64,000 bases of DNA from an uncultured Gammaproteobacteria bacterium (GCA_964397195.1 CAYNGY010000001.1:6586-70585), one strand, 5' to 3'; shown: positions 38,068 through 47,648, counted from the first letter of the stretch. Notes: generated by a model not told the origin, from the sequence alone. Program-made: numbers and translations.

Positions 38068-39243
38068 TTACACGGCGATCGTGTGCGGCGACTGGTCGGC
38101 CAGCGTCACGCCGATCTGCTGGTGACCGGGCGGGTTGAGGCCAGCCAGCTCCGGCCGGACGAAGATGCCGTTCTTGCGGATGAGCTGGCCGTCGAACCAG
38201 ATCTCGCCGCCGCCTGCCGGCTCGCGCTGGTCGCAGACGATGTCCCAGTGCACGCCGCTCTTGTTGCCGTTGTCGGCGTTCTTGTAGGCCTTGCCCGGCG
38301 TCAGGTGGAACGTCCCGCCCACCTTCTCATCGAAGAGCGTGTCGCCGATGATCCTCGTGATGTCGTTGTTGATCCCGAGCGACCACTCGCCGAAGTAGCG
38401 CGCGCCCTCGTCGGTGTTCAGGATCTGCACGATCCGATGCGGGTCGCCGACCTTGCAGGCTGAGCCAACGATCTTGCCATTGGCAATGTCGAACCACACA
38501 CCCTCGAACCGCTCACCGGACTTGGTGATGGTCAGGGTGTTGTACTGGATCATGCCGTTCATCGAGTCGCGGACGGGCGCGGTGTAGACCTCGCCGTCCG
38601 GGATGTTCCAATGCCCGACGCACGGGACGCCGCCGATGCCCTTGATGCTGAAGCTCAGGCGCGTTTCGCCCGGGCCGATGATCTCGACACGGTCAGTCCG
38701 GTCCATCAGCTCCTTGAGCGGCTGGACGGAGCGTTCCATCGCCGGGTAGTCGGCCAGGACCGCCTTGAAGAACATGTCCTCAGCCGCCGTCGTCGACAGG
38801 CCCGCCATCAGCGCGAAGCCGGTGGTCGGCCAGACGCTCAGCACCCAGCGGGTGTGCTCGACGGCCTGCTCGATCGTCGCGCCGGTGTAGTACTTGTCGA
38901 ACCGAGCCTGGTCCTCGCCGGACACGCCCGACATCTCGAGCGGGTTGGTATACCCGCGGAGTGCGATGCGGACCTGCGTCCCCTTCAGCTTGGCCAGGTA
39001 CGCGTCGGCGTCGACCAGCAGCGAAGCCTCGGTACAGCCGACGCGCGCCGCCGCCATCAGCCGCTGGTTCCAGATCAGCGGGTCGAGCATGATGCCACCG
39101 CGCGCGCGTGCCGCCTCGATCACCGCCGCGTTCATCTCATGCGGCGTCGAGACATCGGTCATCAGCAGGACGTGATCGCCCGGCCCGACCTCGGTCGAGA
39201 AACCGACCATGATTTCAGCTAACCGCTTGTACCGCGGATCCAT
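38068..39243 (-). CDS. Aminopeptidase, M29 (AmpS/aminopeptidase T) family
   Basis: Start MDPRYKRLAEIMV with AGGAGG SD. Length and composition are typical of the thermophilic metalloprotease M29 family. Confidence 0.65.
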   Translation of the reverse strand: MDPRYKRLAEIMVGFSTEVGPGDHVLLMTDVSTPHEMNAAVIEAARARGGIMLDPLIWNQRLMAAARVGCTEASLLVDADAYLAKLKGTQVRIALRGYTNPLEMSGVSGEDQARFDKYYTGATIEQAVEHTRWVLSVWPTTGFALMAGLSTTAAEDMFFKAVLADYPAMERSVQPLKELMDRTDRVEIIGPGETRLSFSIKGIGGVPCVGHWNIPDGEVYTAPVRDSMNGMIQYNTLTITKSGERFEGVWFDIANGKIVGSACKVGDPHRIVQILNTDEGARYFGEWSLGINNDITRIIGDTLFDEKVGGTFHLTPGKAYKNADNGNKSGVHWDIVCDQREPAGGGEIWFDGQLIRKNGIFVRPELAGLNPPGHQQIGVTLADQSPHTIAV

Positions 39244-39517
39244 CCGAACCTCCTGAATCACGTCTCGGGATTGAGACGAGCGCCCTACACACGCCGGATG
39301 TGCACAAAGCGCTCGTCTCAAAAAAAACGAGGAATGTAAAAGATCGCGCTAGGACACTAGCAACTATATCGGAGATGTCAACTTAGGGCCTAGTCCGTCG
39401 TAATTACCCCACAACGCTTCATGATCCGGGGAACATTGAGATTTCTGAGCCGTTGTCTCGGATGATTATTGTCACAAAACCTAGCCGTAGCATCTCAGCT
39501 AGGCTTTACCTTTGGAC

Positions 39518-39883
39518 TTACGTAGCCGTTGTGGTCGGATGTTCGCGATCGAACTTTTTCCCCGCCAGATCTTCATATTGTCCAGCTCGAGCATCACTTC
39601 TCTCGGCCTCATCGGTCAAGACGTATTTCGTGTACCACTCGCTCTCTTCGAGACCGTGCTTCTTTTTAAAAGCATCATCCGCTTCGATATTTTTCACGTT
39701 CGCTCGAAACTGTGCCGCCTTCGTATGAAGCTCATCAACGGTTTCTTGTTCTCCATTTGGGCCTAGCGCATATCCGGCACGAGCCATCGCCTCAGCTTTT
39801 TCTGGGTTCTCAATTCGCTGGGATTCATCGGGGGCAACAAAATTCTTTGCCTCCTCTGGTACACCATGTTCATTTTCGCTCAT
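39518..39883 (-). CDS. Hypothetical hydrophilic protein
   Basis: 121-aa acidic/Lys-rich ORF directly downstream of the beta-helix surface protein gene. A terminator hairpin follows at about 39475-39505. Confidence 0.35.
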   Translation of the reverse strand: MSENEHGVPEEAKNFVAPDESQRIENPEKAEAMARAGYALGPNGEQETVDELHTKAAQFRANVKNIEADDAFKKKHGLEESEWYTKYVLTDEAERSDARAGQYEDLAGKKFDREHPTTTAT

Positions 39884-39898
39884 AGAATTCTGAGTTAG

Positions 39899-42514
39899 TT
39901 AACTCCCCCGCAAATCCTGAATCTTGTTTGGCGCCGTGACGTCGACGACGCAGGCTTGAGTCAGCGCCGGTTGATCGTTTGTCGTCCCGCACTGATTCGA
40001 ATCGGTGCAGGTGCGACTCTGTGAACCGTTGACGCAACTTGACCAGGCGGAACACGGAACCGAGTCCCAATCCTCGATACAACTGATCGCGGTCGCGGTA
40101 AAGGCCATGTCGTCAATGTTGCCCCAGCGAATATCCGGACAACTCGAGCTATTCGAGAGCGGATCGGATACTTGACTCCCGGCCGCCAAAATAGCGCGGA
40201 CATATTGATTCCCGGCGGCACCGTTCACGGTGAACGACGTCGTCACCGTTCCATCAACGCCGTCTGAGGTTTGATCGCAGCCGGTCAATCCCGCCGGCCA
40301 ATGTTCAATCAGGTTCCACGACGTGCCGTTGTGATACCAGAGCGATACGTTATCCTCTGGTGGGTTAGCGGCGAAACAACTGTAATCAATCTCGACCGTC
40401 ATCGTTGTTCCCAGCGGCGCCGATGTGCGGCTAATCCGGACATCTTCGATTGAGTTTGTCCCGTCGCATCCGCGTCGCGGCGTTGAACACGCTGTGGCCA
40501 AAATATTATTTCCCGCACAGCCTTGGCAGGCGACGCCGCAACTCAAAGCATTGACACTACAACTTTGGGTTAGGGCCGGGCGGTGGGAAATGGTGCCGCA
40601 ATCATTCGCATCGGTGCAGGTTCGGGTTTGCGTTCCGTTAACACAACTCGACCACGGCGAGCACGGCGTCGATTCCCAGTCTTCGAGACAGATGATGCCG
40701 TTATTCGTCGTGACAGACACGCTCGTTGAGGTCGTGGAGTTGTCCGAGGGGTCACGGGCAATGGCGGTCAGGGTGTGTACTCCGTCTGCTACAAGGGTGG
40801 TATCCCACGGGACGCTGTACGGACTGGTAATATCCTCACCGCCAAGATCGGCGCCATCAAGTTGGAACTGGACCCCGCGAACCTGGAGATCATCAGTCGC
40901 GGTCGCAGTCACAGATGTGGTGCCATTCACGGTGCCGCCCGATGTAGGACCGGTGATACCGACGCTCGGGGCGGTGGTGTCACACGATCGACTCAGCGGG
41001 AGTCGATAGGCCGTTGTACCGCAAGCATTCTCGTCGCTGGCCGTTCGCGTTTGGATATGGTTCGTACAGCTGGACCATGGATCATAGGCCCACGTTTCTT
41101 CACAGGCCGGGACCGTAAACGGCTGGGCGCCGATATCGCTGCCGTTACTGCCGCTGCCAATCGCCGGGGATCCGGCTTGGAGATGGAAGTTCCCGTTCAC
41201 GGTATCCATGAACATCGGACTGCCTTCAATCGAGTGGGCATCGCTCCCGGTGGTCGTCCGCCAGGCCGCCAGGGTTGCGCCAAATCCGCCAAATCCGGCG
41301 ACGCCGCCGCGATTGTGGAACAGGTTGTAATCGCCGCTGTAGCGCAAATTGCCCCAGCCGTCGTAGCCGAAGACGGAGCTGTTGTTGTAGTCAAAGATGT
41401 TGTTGGTCCAGGTATCATTCGGCGGCCCGGATCGATAGCCGAGCGTGGTGAAGCGTTCGGCGCCGGTGATATAGAACGTATTATGGTCCCAGACGTTCCC
41501 GCCGGCGCCGCCAATGAACGACCAGTCGCCACCGTGACCCCAGAAAATATTATTCTGGAAAACATTATTTTTACCCATTCCCTGGAAGAACAATGTCGGT
41601 CCGGTGTCGGATCGGAAAATGTTGTCGCGGAAAATATTATTCGACGGGAACGTCTTGTCGACGTTGCCGCTGGCGATGCGAATCGCCTCTTCGGCGTTTG
41701 TCCAAAAAGTATTGTTGGTAATTAAGCCGTTATCCGCTTCATCACGCATGTACAGGCCGATCGTCGTGCCGGTGCCGTGGATCGAATTATTCTGGAATCG
41801 GGTGCCGGCCGCACAGATAAATCGTACGGAGGCCGTCGCTTCCGGCGGCGGGTCGTTGCGCACGTTGGTAATAGTGTTATTTGTCACGACCGCATTCGTC
41901 TGCGGACAGGGGTGTGATCGGCCGCCGTTAATTTCGAGCAGAATCTTGACGTCAGTGGAGCCGCCGGAGATGGTGTTGTTTTGAATAATCGGCCTATAGA
42001 CGTACCATCCGGCGCGGTCGGCGATGTTGATGTGAATACCGCCGTTGCCGATGGTGTTGTTTTGGACGGTCACGTCGTCGCTCCCCAAGACATCAATCCC
42101 ACGCACCGTATTTTGCTCGAACGTGACGTCGTGAATCAAATCACCGAAGACGCGGAGGTGATCGTCGGACACAACGTTACGCACGGTCACGTTCGTGTAG
42201 GCGTTTTGGTTGCCGTAAAAATCATCAATGTCGACGACGGTTGTACTCGACGAAATGGTCTTTCCGTTCCCGTCGAAAATAACGTCGCTGGCTTGAATGA
42301 TAAAGCAGGTGTTGTTATTGGTGACGGTAATGTTGTTTTGCAAGACGTAGGTACCGGACTGGTTGATCGTCTGACAGGCGGTGACGGTGTGCACGGTTTG
42401 AGCGCGGAGAATTTCATGGATATTCACTCCGACAAATCCAATCAGAACCGCCGCCGCGGCGAGGGCTACGACATGGATCCCCCACGATGCCTGTTTCTTT
42501 TTGGCGCGTTTCAT
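39899..42514 (-). CDS. Secreted surface protein: N-terminal right-handed parallel beta-helix (NNTI/NNIF rungs), then three TSP1-like Cys modules separated by Ig-like segments
   Basis: Signal peptide. Repeated NNTIxNV rungs typical of the pectate-lyase fold. Three copies of about 44 aa matching C..DW....CS.WSSC.NG.Q.RTCTD.N.CGT......LTQ.C (aa 471-512, 609-652, 812-855). Confidence 0.7.
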   Translation of the reverse strand: MKRAKKKQASWGIHVVALAAAAVLIGFVGVNIHEILRAQTVHTVTACQTINQSGTYVLQNNITVTNNNTCFIIQASDVIFDGNGKTISSSTTVVDIDDFYGNQNAYTNVTVRNVVSDDHLRVFGDLIHDVTFEQNTVRGIDVLGSDDVTVQNNTIGNGGIHINIADRAGWYVYRPIIQNNTISGGSTDVKILLEINGGRSHPCPQTNAVVTNNTITNVRNDPPPEATASVRFICAAGTRFQNNSIHGTGTTIGLYMRDEADNGLITNNTFWTNAEEAIRIASGNVDKTFPSNNIFRDNIFRSDTGPTLFFQGMGKNNVFQNNIFWGHGGDWSFIGGAGGNVWDHNTFYITGAERFTTLGYRSGPPNDTWTNNIFDYNNSSVFGYDGWGNLRYSGDYNLFHNRGGVAGFGGFGATLAAWRTTTGSDAHSIEGSPMFMDTVNGNFHLQAGSPAIGSGSNGSDIGAQPFTVPACEETWAYDPWSSCTNHIQTRTASDENACGTTAYRLPLSRSCDTTAPSVGITGPTSGGTVNGTTSVTATATDDLQVRGVQFQLDGADLGGEDITSPYSVPWDTTLVADGVHTLTAIARDPSDNSTTSTSVSVTTNNGIICLEDWESTPCSPWSSCVNGTQTRTCTDANDCGTISHRPALTQSCSVNALSCGVACQGCAGNNILATACSTPRRGCDGTNSIEDVRISRTSAPLGTTMTVEIDYSCFAANPPEDNVSLWYHNGTSWNLIEHWPAGLTGCDQTSDGVDGTVTTSFTVNGAAGNQYVRAILAAGSQVSDPLSNSSSCPDIRWGNIDDMAFTATAISCIEDWDSVPCSAWSSCVNGSQSRTCTDSNQCGTTNDQPALTQACVVDVTAPNKIQDLRGS

Positions 42515-42648
42515 GACCGTTCAAGTATACCATTTTCCGATAAAAACTCGCGAAAACAGAGAATCTGGATATCTTGTGGATACTTCCTGTGGGTAAATAG
42601 GACACTGGTGGTTGATTTTGGCTAATATTAGGGAATTAATCAAAGTGA

Positions 42649-42689
42649 TGTAAAGCAGGCTTGACATTATGTAATCTATGCTTTACATT
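42649..42689 (+). promoter_or_regulatory. Promoter TTGACA-17-TACATT embedded in the inverted repeat TGTAAAGCA-N21-TGCTTTACA
   Basis: -35 at 42661-42666 and -10 at 42684-42689. Palindrome arms at 42649-42657 and 42679-42687, likely the auto-operator of the XRE regulator. Confidence 0.45.
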
Positions 42690-42908
42690 ATGCCCATGGG
42701 CATCGACATCCTCTCCAATCGGCTCAAGGAGCTTCGAGCGAGTCGCGATCTGACTCAGGCCGACCTGGCCGAGCTGGTCAGTGTCACTCGTCAGACGATC
42801 ATCTCGATCGAGAAGGGCGAGTATGTCCCCTCGCTCGGGCTCGGTATGCGTCTGGCCAAAGAATTCGGTCTGCCCGTCGAACAGGTATTTTCACTCATTT
42901 CGAAATAA
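42678..42908 (+). CDS. XRE-family HTH transcriptional regulator (possibly leaderless; start may be ATG 42690 or 42696)
   Basis: HTH LTQADLAELVSVTRQTIISIEKG. Confidence 0.75.
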   Translation: MLYIMPMGIDILSNRLKELRASRDLTQADLAELVSVTRQTIISIEKGEYVPSLGLGMRLAKEFGLPVEQVFSLISK

Positions 42909-42912
42909 GATT

Positions 42913-43599
42913 ATGCAGACGCTCCCCGCCCAAAGCCGCACGAAGTCAATCACCCAGCTTGTCCTTGGCGCCACGCTGGTTATGGTGCCGCTCGTTTTAC
43001 AGCTCGTTTTCTTCTTGAAGAATGGCACGTCATCGATGTTTTTTCGCACGCTGATGGAGACACTCCTCGGCCCGTTGTTTCTGTTGTTCATCGCCTGCTA
43101 TGCCATCGGGATGTTTACGGCCTATCGCGGTCTAGCCAACCTCTCATACGAACCGGGCCATGCGCCGGCGATGGCTGACCGCAAGAACCGTTTAGCCTGG
43201 CTAATCAATATCCTGAGTGGTGTTATGTTCATCACCCTGTCCATGACCGAGTGGCGGACGACGGCTGTCATGAGCAACCTCGAAACCATCAGTCTGCTCG
43301 TCGTGACTATGACCATCGGCACCATCATGCATCGTCGCATCTACCCGAAACACTCCTGGTCAACGGCGGTCATTGGCGATCCGTCGCTCGCCAGTCAAGA
43401 CGAACGGGAAAATGCGATTCTCAATCAGGCCGGCTATCACGCCCTCGCCGCGAGCTTTATTCTGATGGGACTGATCATGTTGGTGATGCTTCTTGCCCCA
43501 AAGCCATCGACGTTAGCGGTGGTGATGTTTTTTGTCGGTGTCTGGTCAATCCAGCGCGGTCTCTACGGGTTTTTTGCCTGGCGCGCGGGACTCCGGTAA
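42913..43599 (+). CDS. Membrane protein co-transcribed with the XRE regulator
   Basis: ATG at 42913, 4 nt after the XRE stop. About 6 TM helices. No family recognised. Confidence 0.5.
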   Translation: MQTLPAQSRTKSITQLVLGATLVMVPLVLQLVFFLKNGTSSMFFRTLMETLLGPLFLLFIACYAIGMFTAYRGLANLSYEPGHAPAMADRKNRLAWLINILSGVMFITLSMTEWRTTAVMSNLETISLLVVTMTIGTIMHRRIYPKHSWSTAVIGDPSLASQDERENAILNQAGYHALAASFILMGLIMLVMLLAPKPSTLAVVMFFVGVWSIQRGLYGFFAWRAGLR

Positions 43600-43806
43600 T
43601 CAGGTCCACCATCTCGACGCTCGATAGGCGAGCACGGCGCTCGGTCTGACAGCCCATCGCGGCCGCCGCGTCTTTGTTGGTGTCAGAGAGGGGTCCGGGC
43701 CGGCGCGCCCGTCCGCGGCCTTCTTGATTTGTTTACTGGCGTATGGTACCGTCCTTAGCGCTTACAGGATCTGACGCGTCATTAACATCGAATATGTCCC
43801 GGTGGG

Positions 43807-43883
43807 GGGCGGCTAGCTCAGTTGGTTAGAGCGTCACATTGACATTGTGAAGGTCAGAGGTTCGACTCCTCTGTCGCCCACCA
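43807..43883 (+). tRNA. tRNA-Val, anticodon GAC
   Basis: Cloverleaf: acceptor gggcggc/gtcgccc, anticodon stem tcaca/tgtga with loop ttGACat, T-arm agagg-ttcgact-cctct, CCA encoded. Confidence 0.8.
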
Positions 43884-43946
43884 CGAGGACAGATTTGTTG
43901 TATGCGCCTAGTTTCGCGTCCTGGTAATCCATGCTAAGGTTTTTTT

Positions 43947-44933
43947 ATGGTGCCCTGGAATCCATCGCCGGTCTATGAAACATTCTGGCGTTTTACCCGA
44001 GCGCGTCAGGACATCTTTCAGCGCCGCTGGCGCGGCCAAGCGGGGCCCTGGACCGACGACCACATTTTACGTGACTACAAATTCACCAACGTTTTCCGCG
44101 CCAGCGACCGCATCAGTCAGTATCTCATCCGTCATGTTCAATACGCCGGGCCGCAGGACGCGCGAAATCTTTTTTATCGGACGATACTTTTTAAACTCTT
44201 CAATCGTCGCGATACGTGGGAGTTTCTTGAGTCGAAGTTCGGCCAACTGACGGTCGACACATTCGATCGCGATACGTTCGTGGCCGCCGTAACCGCCCGT
44301 CAACGGCTGACGCCTATTTATTCCTCCGCCTATATCATGCCGCCGGTCAGTCATGACGGCGCCGCGAAACATGACGGCCATCTGCGTTTACTGCAACAGA
44401 TGCTCGCTGACGATCTCCCGGAACATATCGCCGCCAGCGGCACTTTGTCCGAGGTGTATGAACTTCTCCGATCATATCCCGGCATCGGGAAGTTTCTGGC
44501 GTATCAATATGCGATCGATCTTAACTATTCAGTGCTCACGAATCATTCGGAAATGGAATTCGTCGTTCCGGGGCCAGGCGCGCTCCGCGGAATTCAAAAA
44601 TGCTTTGGGTCTACCGCCCGGCGTGAAGCGACACACATCATTCACTGGATTGCCGCACACCAAGGTGAGGAGCAACGCTCACGCGGGAACGAACCGGTGG
44701 CACTCTTTGGTCGGCCTCTCCAATTGATTGACGTGCAAGGTCTTTTTTGTGAAGTTGATAAGTATGCCCGCGTCGCGCATCCGGATGTTACCACCACGAC
44801 ATTGCCAACAAGAATCAAACAACACTATCGGTCAGCCGGGCCACTAGCCGCGCTTTGGTTTCCGCCAAAATGGGGTCTGAACGAGCGGGTCAATGCCGAA
44901 AAGGTGTCTTTTTTGAAAAGTGTGTTAGTATAG
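43947..44933 (+). CDS. Putative nucleic-acid base-modification enzyme, tentatively alpha-glutamyl/putrescinyl thymine pyrophosphorylase-like
   Basis: N-terminal block RRWRGQAGPWTDDHILRDYKFTNVFRASDRISQYL resembles, from memory, the conserved start of aGPT-Pplase-like proteins. No direct comparison was possible. Confidence 0.4.
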   Translation: MVPWNPSPVYETFWRFTRARQDIFQRRWRGQAGPWTDDHILRDYKFTNVFRASDRISQYLIRHVQYAGPQDARNLFYRTILFKLFNRRDTWEFLESKFGQLTVDTFDRDTFVAAVTARQRLTPIYSSAYIMPPVSHDGAAKHDGHLRLLQQMLADDLPEHIAASGTLSEVYELLRSYPGIGKFLAYQYAIDLNYSVLTNHSEMEFVVPGPGALRGIQKCFGSTARREATHIIHWIAAHQGEEQRSRGNEPVALFGRPLQLIDVQGLFCEVDKYARVAHPDVTTTTLPTRIKQHYRSAGPLAALWFPPKWGLNERVNAEKVSFLKSVLV

Positions 44934-44939
44934 CGCCAT

Positions 44940-45875
44940 ATGTCGAAACCATTGGAACTGACTGCGGCCCCCGACGCTGCCCCATCACGCCTCGATGTCT
45001 TCTTGGCCGCGCATATTGAAACGTCACGCACGCACGCGCAGAAGGTTATTAAGGCCGGCGCAGTGACGATTAACGGGAAGGTTTCTGGTCCGCACGACCC
45101 GGTCCGGGCCAACGATCTGGTGCTCTATGACGACGCCACCGCCGTTCGCCGACCGGTCGTGGTCGAGACGATCGGGAAGGAGCCGGTCTTAATTGATGAA
45201 GACGAAAATTATCTAGTAGTGAATAAACCGTCCGGACTCGTGGTGCACGGCGGTCCCGGTATTCACGAAGACACGCTCGCCGACTGGGCCGTCGCCCATG
45301 ACCCGGTTATCGGAATGGTCGGTGATCGACCGAATGAGCGTCCGGGGATTGTCCACCGTCTTGACCGTGACGTGTCGGGAGTGATGGTTATCGCTAAAAC
45401 GAAAAAAGCCTTCGACAGTCTGAAGGGTCAGTTCCAGATGCACACGATTACCAAAAAATACATCGCGCTCGTCTATGGGTTCCTCAAAGTTGATAGCGGG
45501 AAAATAGATTTCGCCATTGCCCGCAAGCCCGATCATTCCGGGCTGATGGTTGCCCGGCCGGGCAGTAATGAGGGCAAGGCCGCGGAGACGCGTTTCCGGG
45601 TACTAAAAACACTGAAGGGCATGACCCTTGTTCAGGTTGAAACCCTGACCGGTCGGACGCACCAAATCCGCGTCCACTTTAAAGCCATCGGCCACTCGCT
45701 CGTCGGCGATCCGCTCTACCGCAATCGAAAACTCCAACGCCTAAAAATCACCGCCCCGCGACTGTGTCTGCACGCGGCCGTCTTGAAGTTTACCGACCTG
45801 AAAAAGGTTGAACGACGCTACGAAGCGCCCCTCCCGGACGATCTCCGGCAGTTCTTCGCCCGCCTTGGGGGTTGA
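44940..45875 (+). CDS. rluD: RluA-family 23S rRNA pseudouridine synthase (RluD-like)
   Basis: N-terminal S4 domain. Catalytic motif HRLDRDVSGVMVIAKT. Conserved C-terminal GDPLY. Confidence 0.85.
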   Translation: MSKPLELTAAPDAAPSRLDVFLAAHIETSRTHAQKVIKAGAVTINGKVSGPHDPVRANDLVLYDDATAVRRPVVVETIGKEPVLIDEDENYLVVNKPSGLVVHGGPGIHEDTLADWAVAHDPVIGMVGDRPNERPGIVHRLDRDVSGVMVIAKTKKAFDSLKGQFQMHTITKKYIALVYGFLKVDSGKIDFAIARKPDHSGLMVARPGSNEGKAAETRFRVLKTLKGMTLVQVETLTGRTHQIRVHFKAIGHSLVGDPLYRNRKLQRLKITAPRLCLHAAVLKFTDLKKVERRYEAPLPDDLRQFFARLGG

Positions 45876-45926
45876 CCGACCCGGCGGTAACTGCTAGAGT
45901 GCAGGGGCTCAATTTTTCTCTGATTT

Positions 45927-46253
45927 ATGACCGACATTCAGCCAAAGGACATCAAGCCGGGCCAGACCATCCGGGTTCACCAGAAGATTAAAGAAGGTGA
46001 GAAAGAACGCGTGCAGGTTTTTGAAGGCATCGTCATTGCCCGTCGTCATGGCGTCGGTGCTTCCGGGACATTCTGTGTCCGAAAGTATTCCGATGGCATT
46101 GGTGTCGAGCGCATTTTCCCGATTCAATCGCCGATTATCACCAAAGTCGAGCTCGTTCGAACCGCCAAGGTCCGCCGGGCCAAGCTGTACCACTTACGTG
46201 AAACGGGCGCTCGTCCGCTCCGCGAAAAGATCGCGAAGAAGCCGAAAGCCTAA
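45927..46253 (+). CDS. rplS: 50S ribosomal protein L19
   Basis: [45 protein letters not shown] matches L19. Terminator at 46264-46291. Confidence 0.9.
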   Translation: MTDIQPKDIKPGQTIRVHQKIKEGEKERVQVFEGIVIARRHGVGASGTFCVRKYSDGIGVERIFPIQSPIITKVELVRTAKVRRAKLYHLRETGARPLREKIAKKPKA

Positions 46254-46399
46254 TTTCCAAGCAGCGCCTCCGGGCGCTGTTTTTGTTTTTCTGGTCGGAT
46301 TGACAGGAACGAGTTTTGATGGTAAAGCAATGGCGTCCAACTCAGTCTCGAGTTGGCGATACCAGGCCATCGTGAGCCTGTCCACAAAGGAGAATCACC

Positions 46400-47080
46400 G
46401 TGTCCTTTCCCAAAGTTTCCTATCGCCTGTCGAACGACCTGGGCAGATTGATGAACGGCCCGTACTCCATGCAGACGTCGCTCGGGATGTCCGCCATCAC
46501 CAGCGTCGTGGCCGCAGTGCTGTTCAACCAGCCGCATCGGCTGACCCCAATCCTACCGCTCACGGTTGGCTCAGCGCTCCAGCGCTTCTATGCCGACGTT
46601 CTGAAGAACGGAGCAGTCCTGCGGATGGAGATGATGCGCTGTCACCGGATCGCCGTTTACTTCGATCTGCGGGACGCGCCGAATGCTTCCGAGCCCGGCG
46701 CCGTCGTCGCGACGATCAACGGCTATGTTGCCAGCCAGCAAAAGAGCGTCAGCCAGCTCGAGATCGGTTACGACCTCCTGCTCGGGCAGTTGCTCTGGGC
46801 GCAGTGGAGAAACGGGTTGGTGAATACCCCGATCCGGATCGACACTCCGCACTGTCCGTTCTGCAACGCCGTCCCGACCCCGGATGACAAGCATCATCAC
46901 CCCGAATGCCCGAGCTCCGAGTCTGGTGATGCCACAAAGATGTTCGACTGGCGTCGGGGCTACGATATCGGTCACCGAGATTGGCGGCTGGAAACTGGGT
47001 CGCGCAGTTTCACGCTCGGCCTGTCGATCGGTGAGTTCCACCGTCGGGCGGAGATCGCCTGCGGGCAGATCAAAGTGTGA
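46400..47080 (+). CDS. Hypothetical protein with a Cys/His cluster (HCPFC, HHHPECP)
   Basis: GTG start with AAGGAG SD. 226 aa. Possible zinc site. No family recognised. Confidence 0.4.
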   Translation: MSFPKVSYRLSNDLGRLMNGPYSMQTSLGMSAITSVVAAVLFNQPHRLTPILPLTVGSALQRFYADVLKNGAVLRMEMMRCHRIAVYFDLRDAPNASEPGAVVATINGYVASQQKSVSQLEIGYDLLLGQLLWAQWRNGLVNTPIRIDTPHCPFCNAVPTPDDKHHHPECPSSESGDATKMFDWRRGYDIGHRDWRLETGSRSFTLGLSIGEFHRRAEIACGQIKV

Positions 47081-47281
47081 TCGAGTCGAAACCGAGGGCA
47101 CCTTTTTCACGGGAGAGTATACTCTCCCACTCGGCTGAGGACGCGAATCATTCGTGTCTTGAGCTGATCCTATATACGCAAAAGCAAGCGACTAACGTCG
47201 ACGGTGGCGTCGATGCGAGAGGCTCCCAAGACTTGCGGGTATCTGCCTCTCTGCGTCGCATGATTGTTATTCCTGCCGAAG

Positions 47282-47368
47282 TGGTGCGGACGAGAGGACT
47301 CGAACCTCCAAGCCCTTGCGGGCATCAGCCCCTCAAGCTGACGCGTATACCAGTTCCGCCACGTCCGC
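47282..47368 (-). tRNA. tRNA-Leu, anticodon GAG (class II, long variable arm)
   Basis: On the minus strand: acceptor gcggacg/cgtccgc, 3-bp D-stem, anticodon stem tcagc/gctga with loop ttGAGgg, variable hairpin gccc-gcaa-gggc, T-arm ggagg-ttcgagt-cctct, CCA. Confidence 0.75.
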
Positions 47369-47571
47369 CCCATTTCGACACGAAGAATAGATGTATATGT
47401 TCAACTCCGGTGCTGGCCGCGTTCCGTGCCCCCTAGTTCGGGATTCGGCCACGTCCGCGGATACTGATGCGGGCGGATTATCGCAGGTTCTTGGATTTTT
47501 GACAAGGGCTTTTTACGAGGCGCCGCTTGTTTTTCTTGAGAAATACTAGTAGAATACGCCCGCCCAGACCA

Positions 47572-47648
47572 TGGGCGCGTAGCTCAGTTGGTTAGAGCGA
47601 CTCGTTTACACCGAGTAGGTCAGGGGTCCGAATCCCTTCGCGCCCACC
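47572..47648 (+). tRNA. tRNA-Val, anticodon UAC
   Basis: Acceptor gggcgcg/cgcgccc, anticodon stem actcg/cgagt with loop ttTACac, T-arm agggg-tccgaat-ccctt, CCA. Promoter TTGTTT-17-TAGAAT at 47526-47554. Confidence 0.8.

Noticed and set aside
45997-46887. 296-aa plus-strand ORF overlapping rplS and the Cys/His protein gene
   Set aside because: Arg/Ser/Pro-rich frame overlapping two well-supported genes in other frames.
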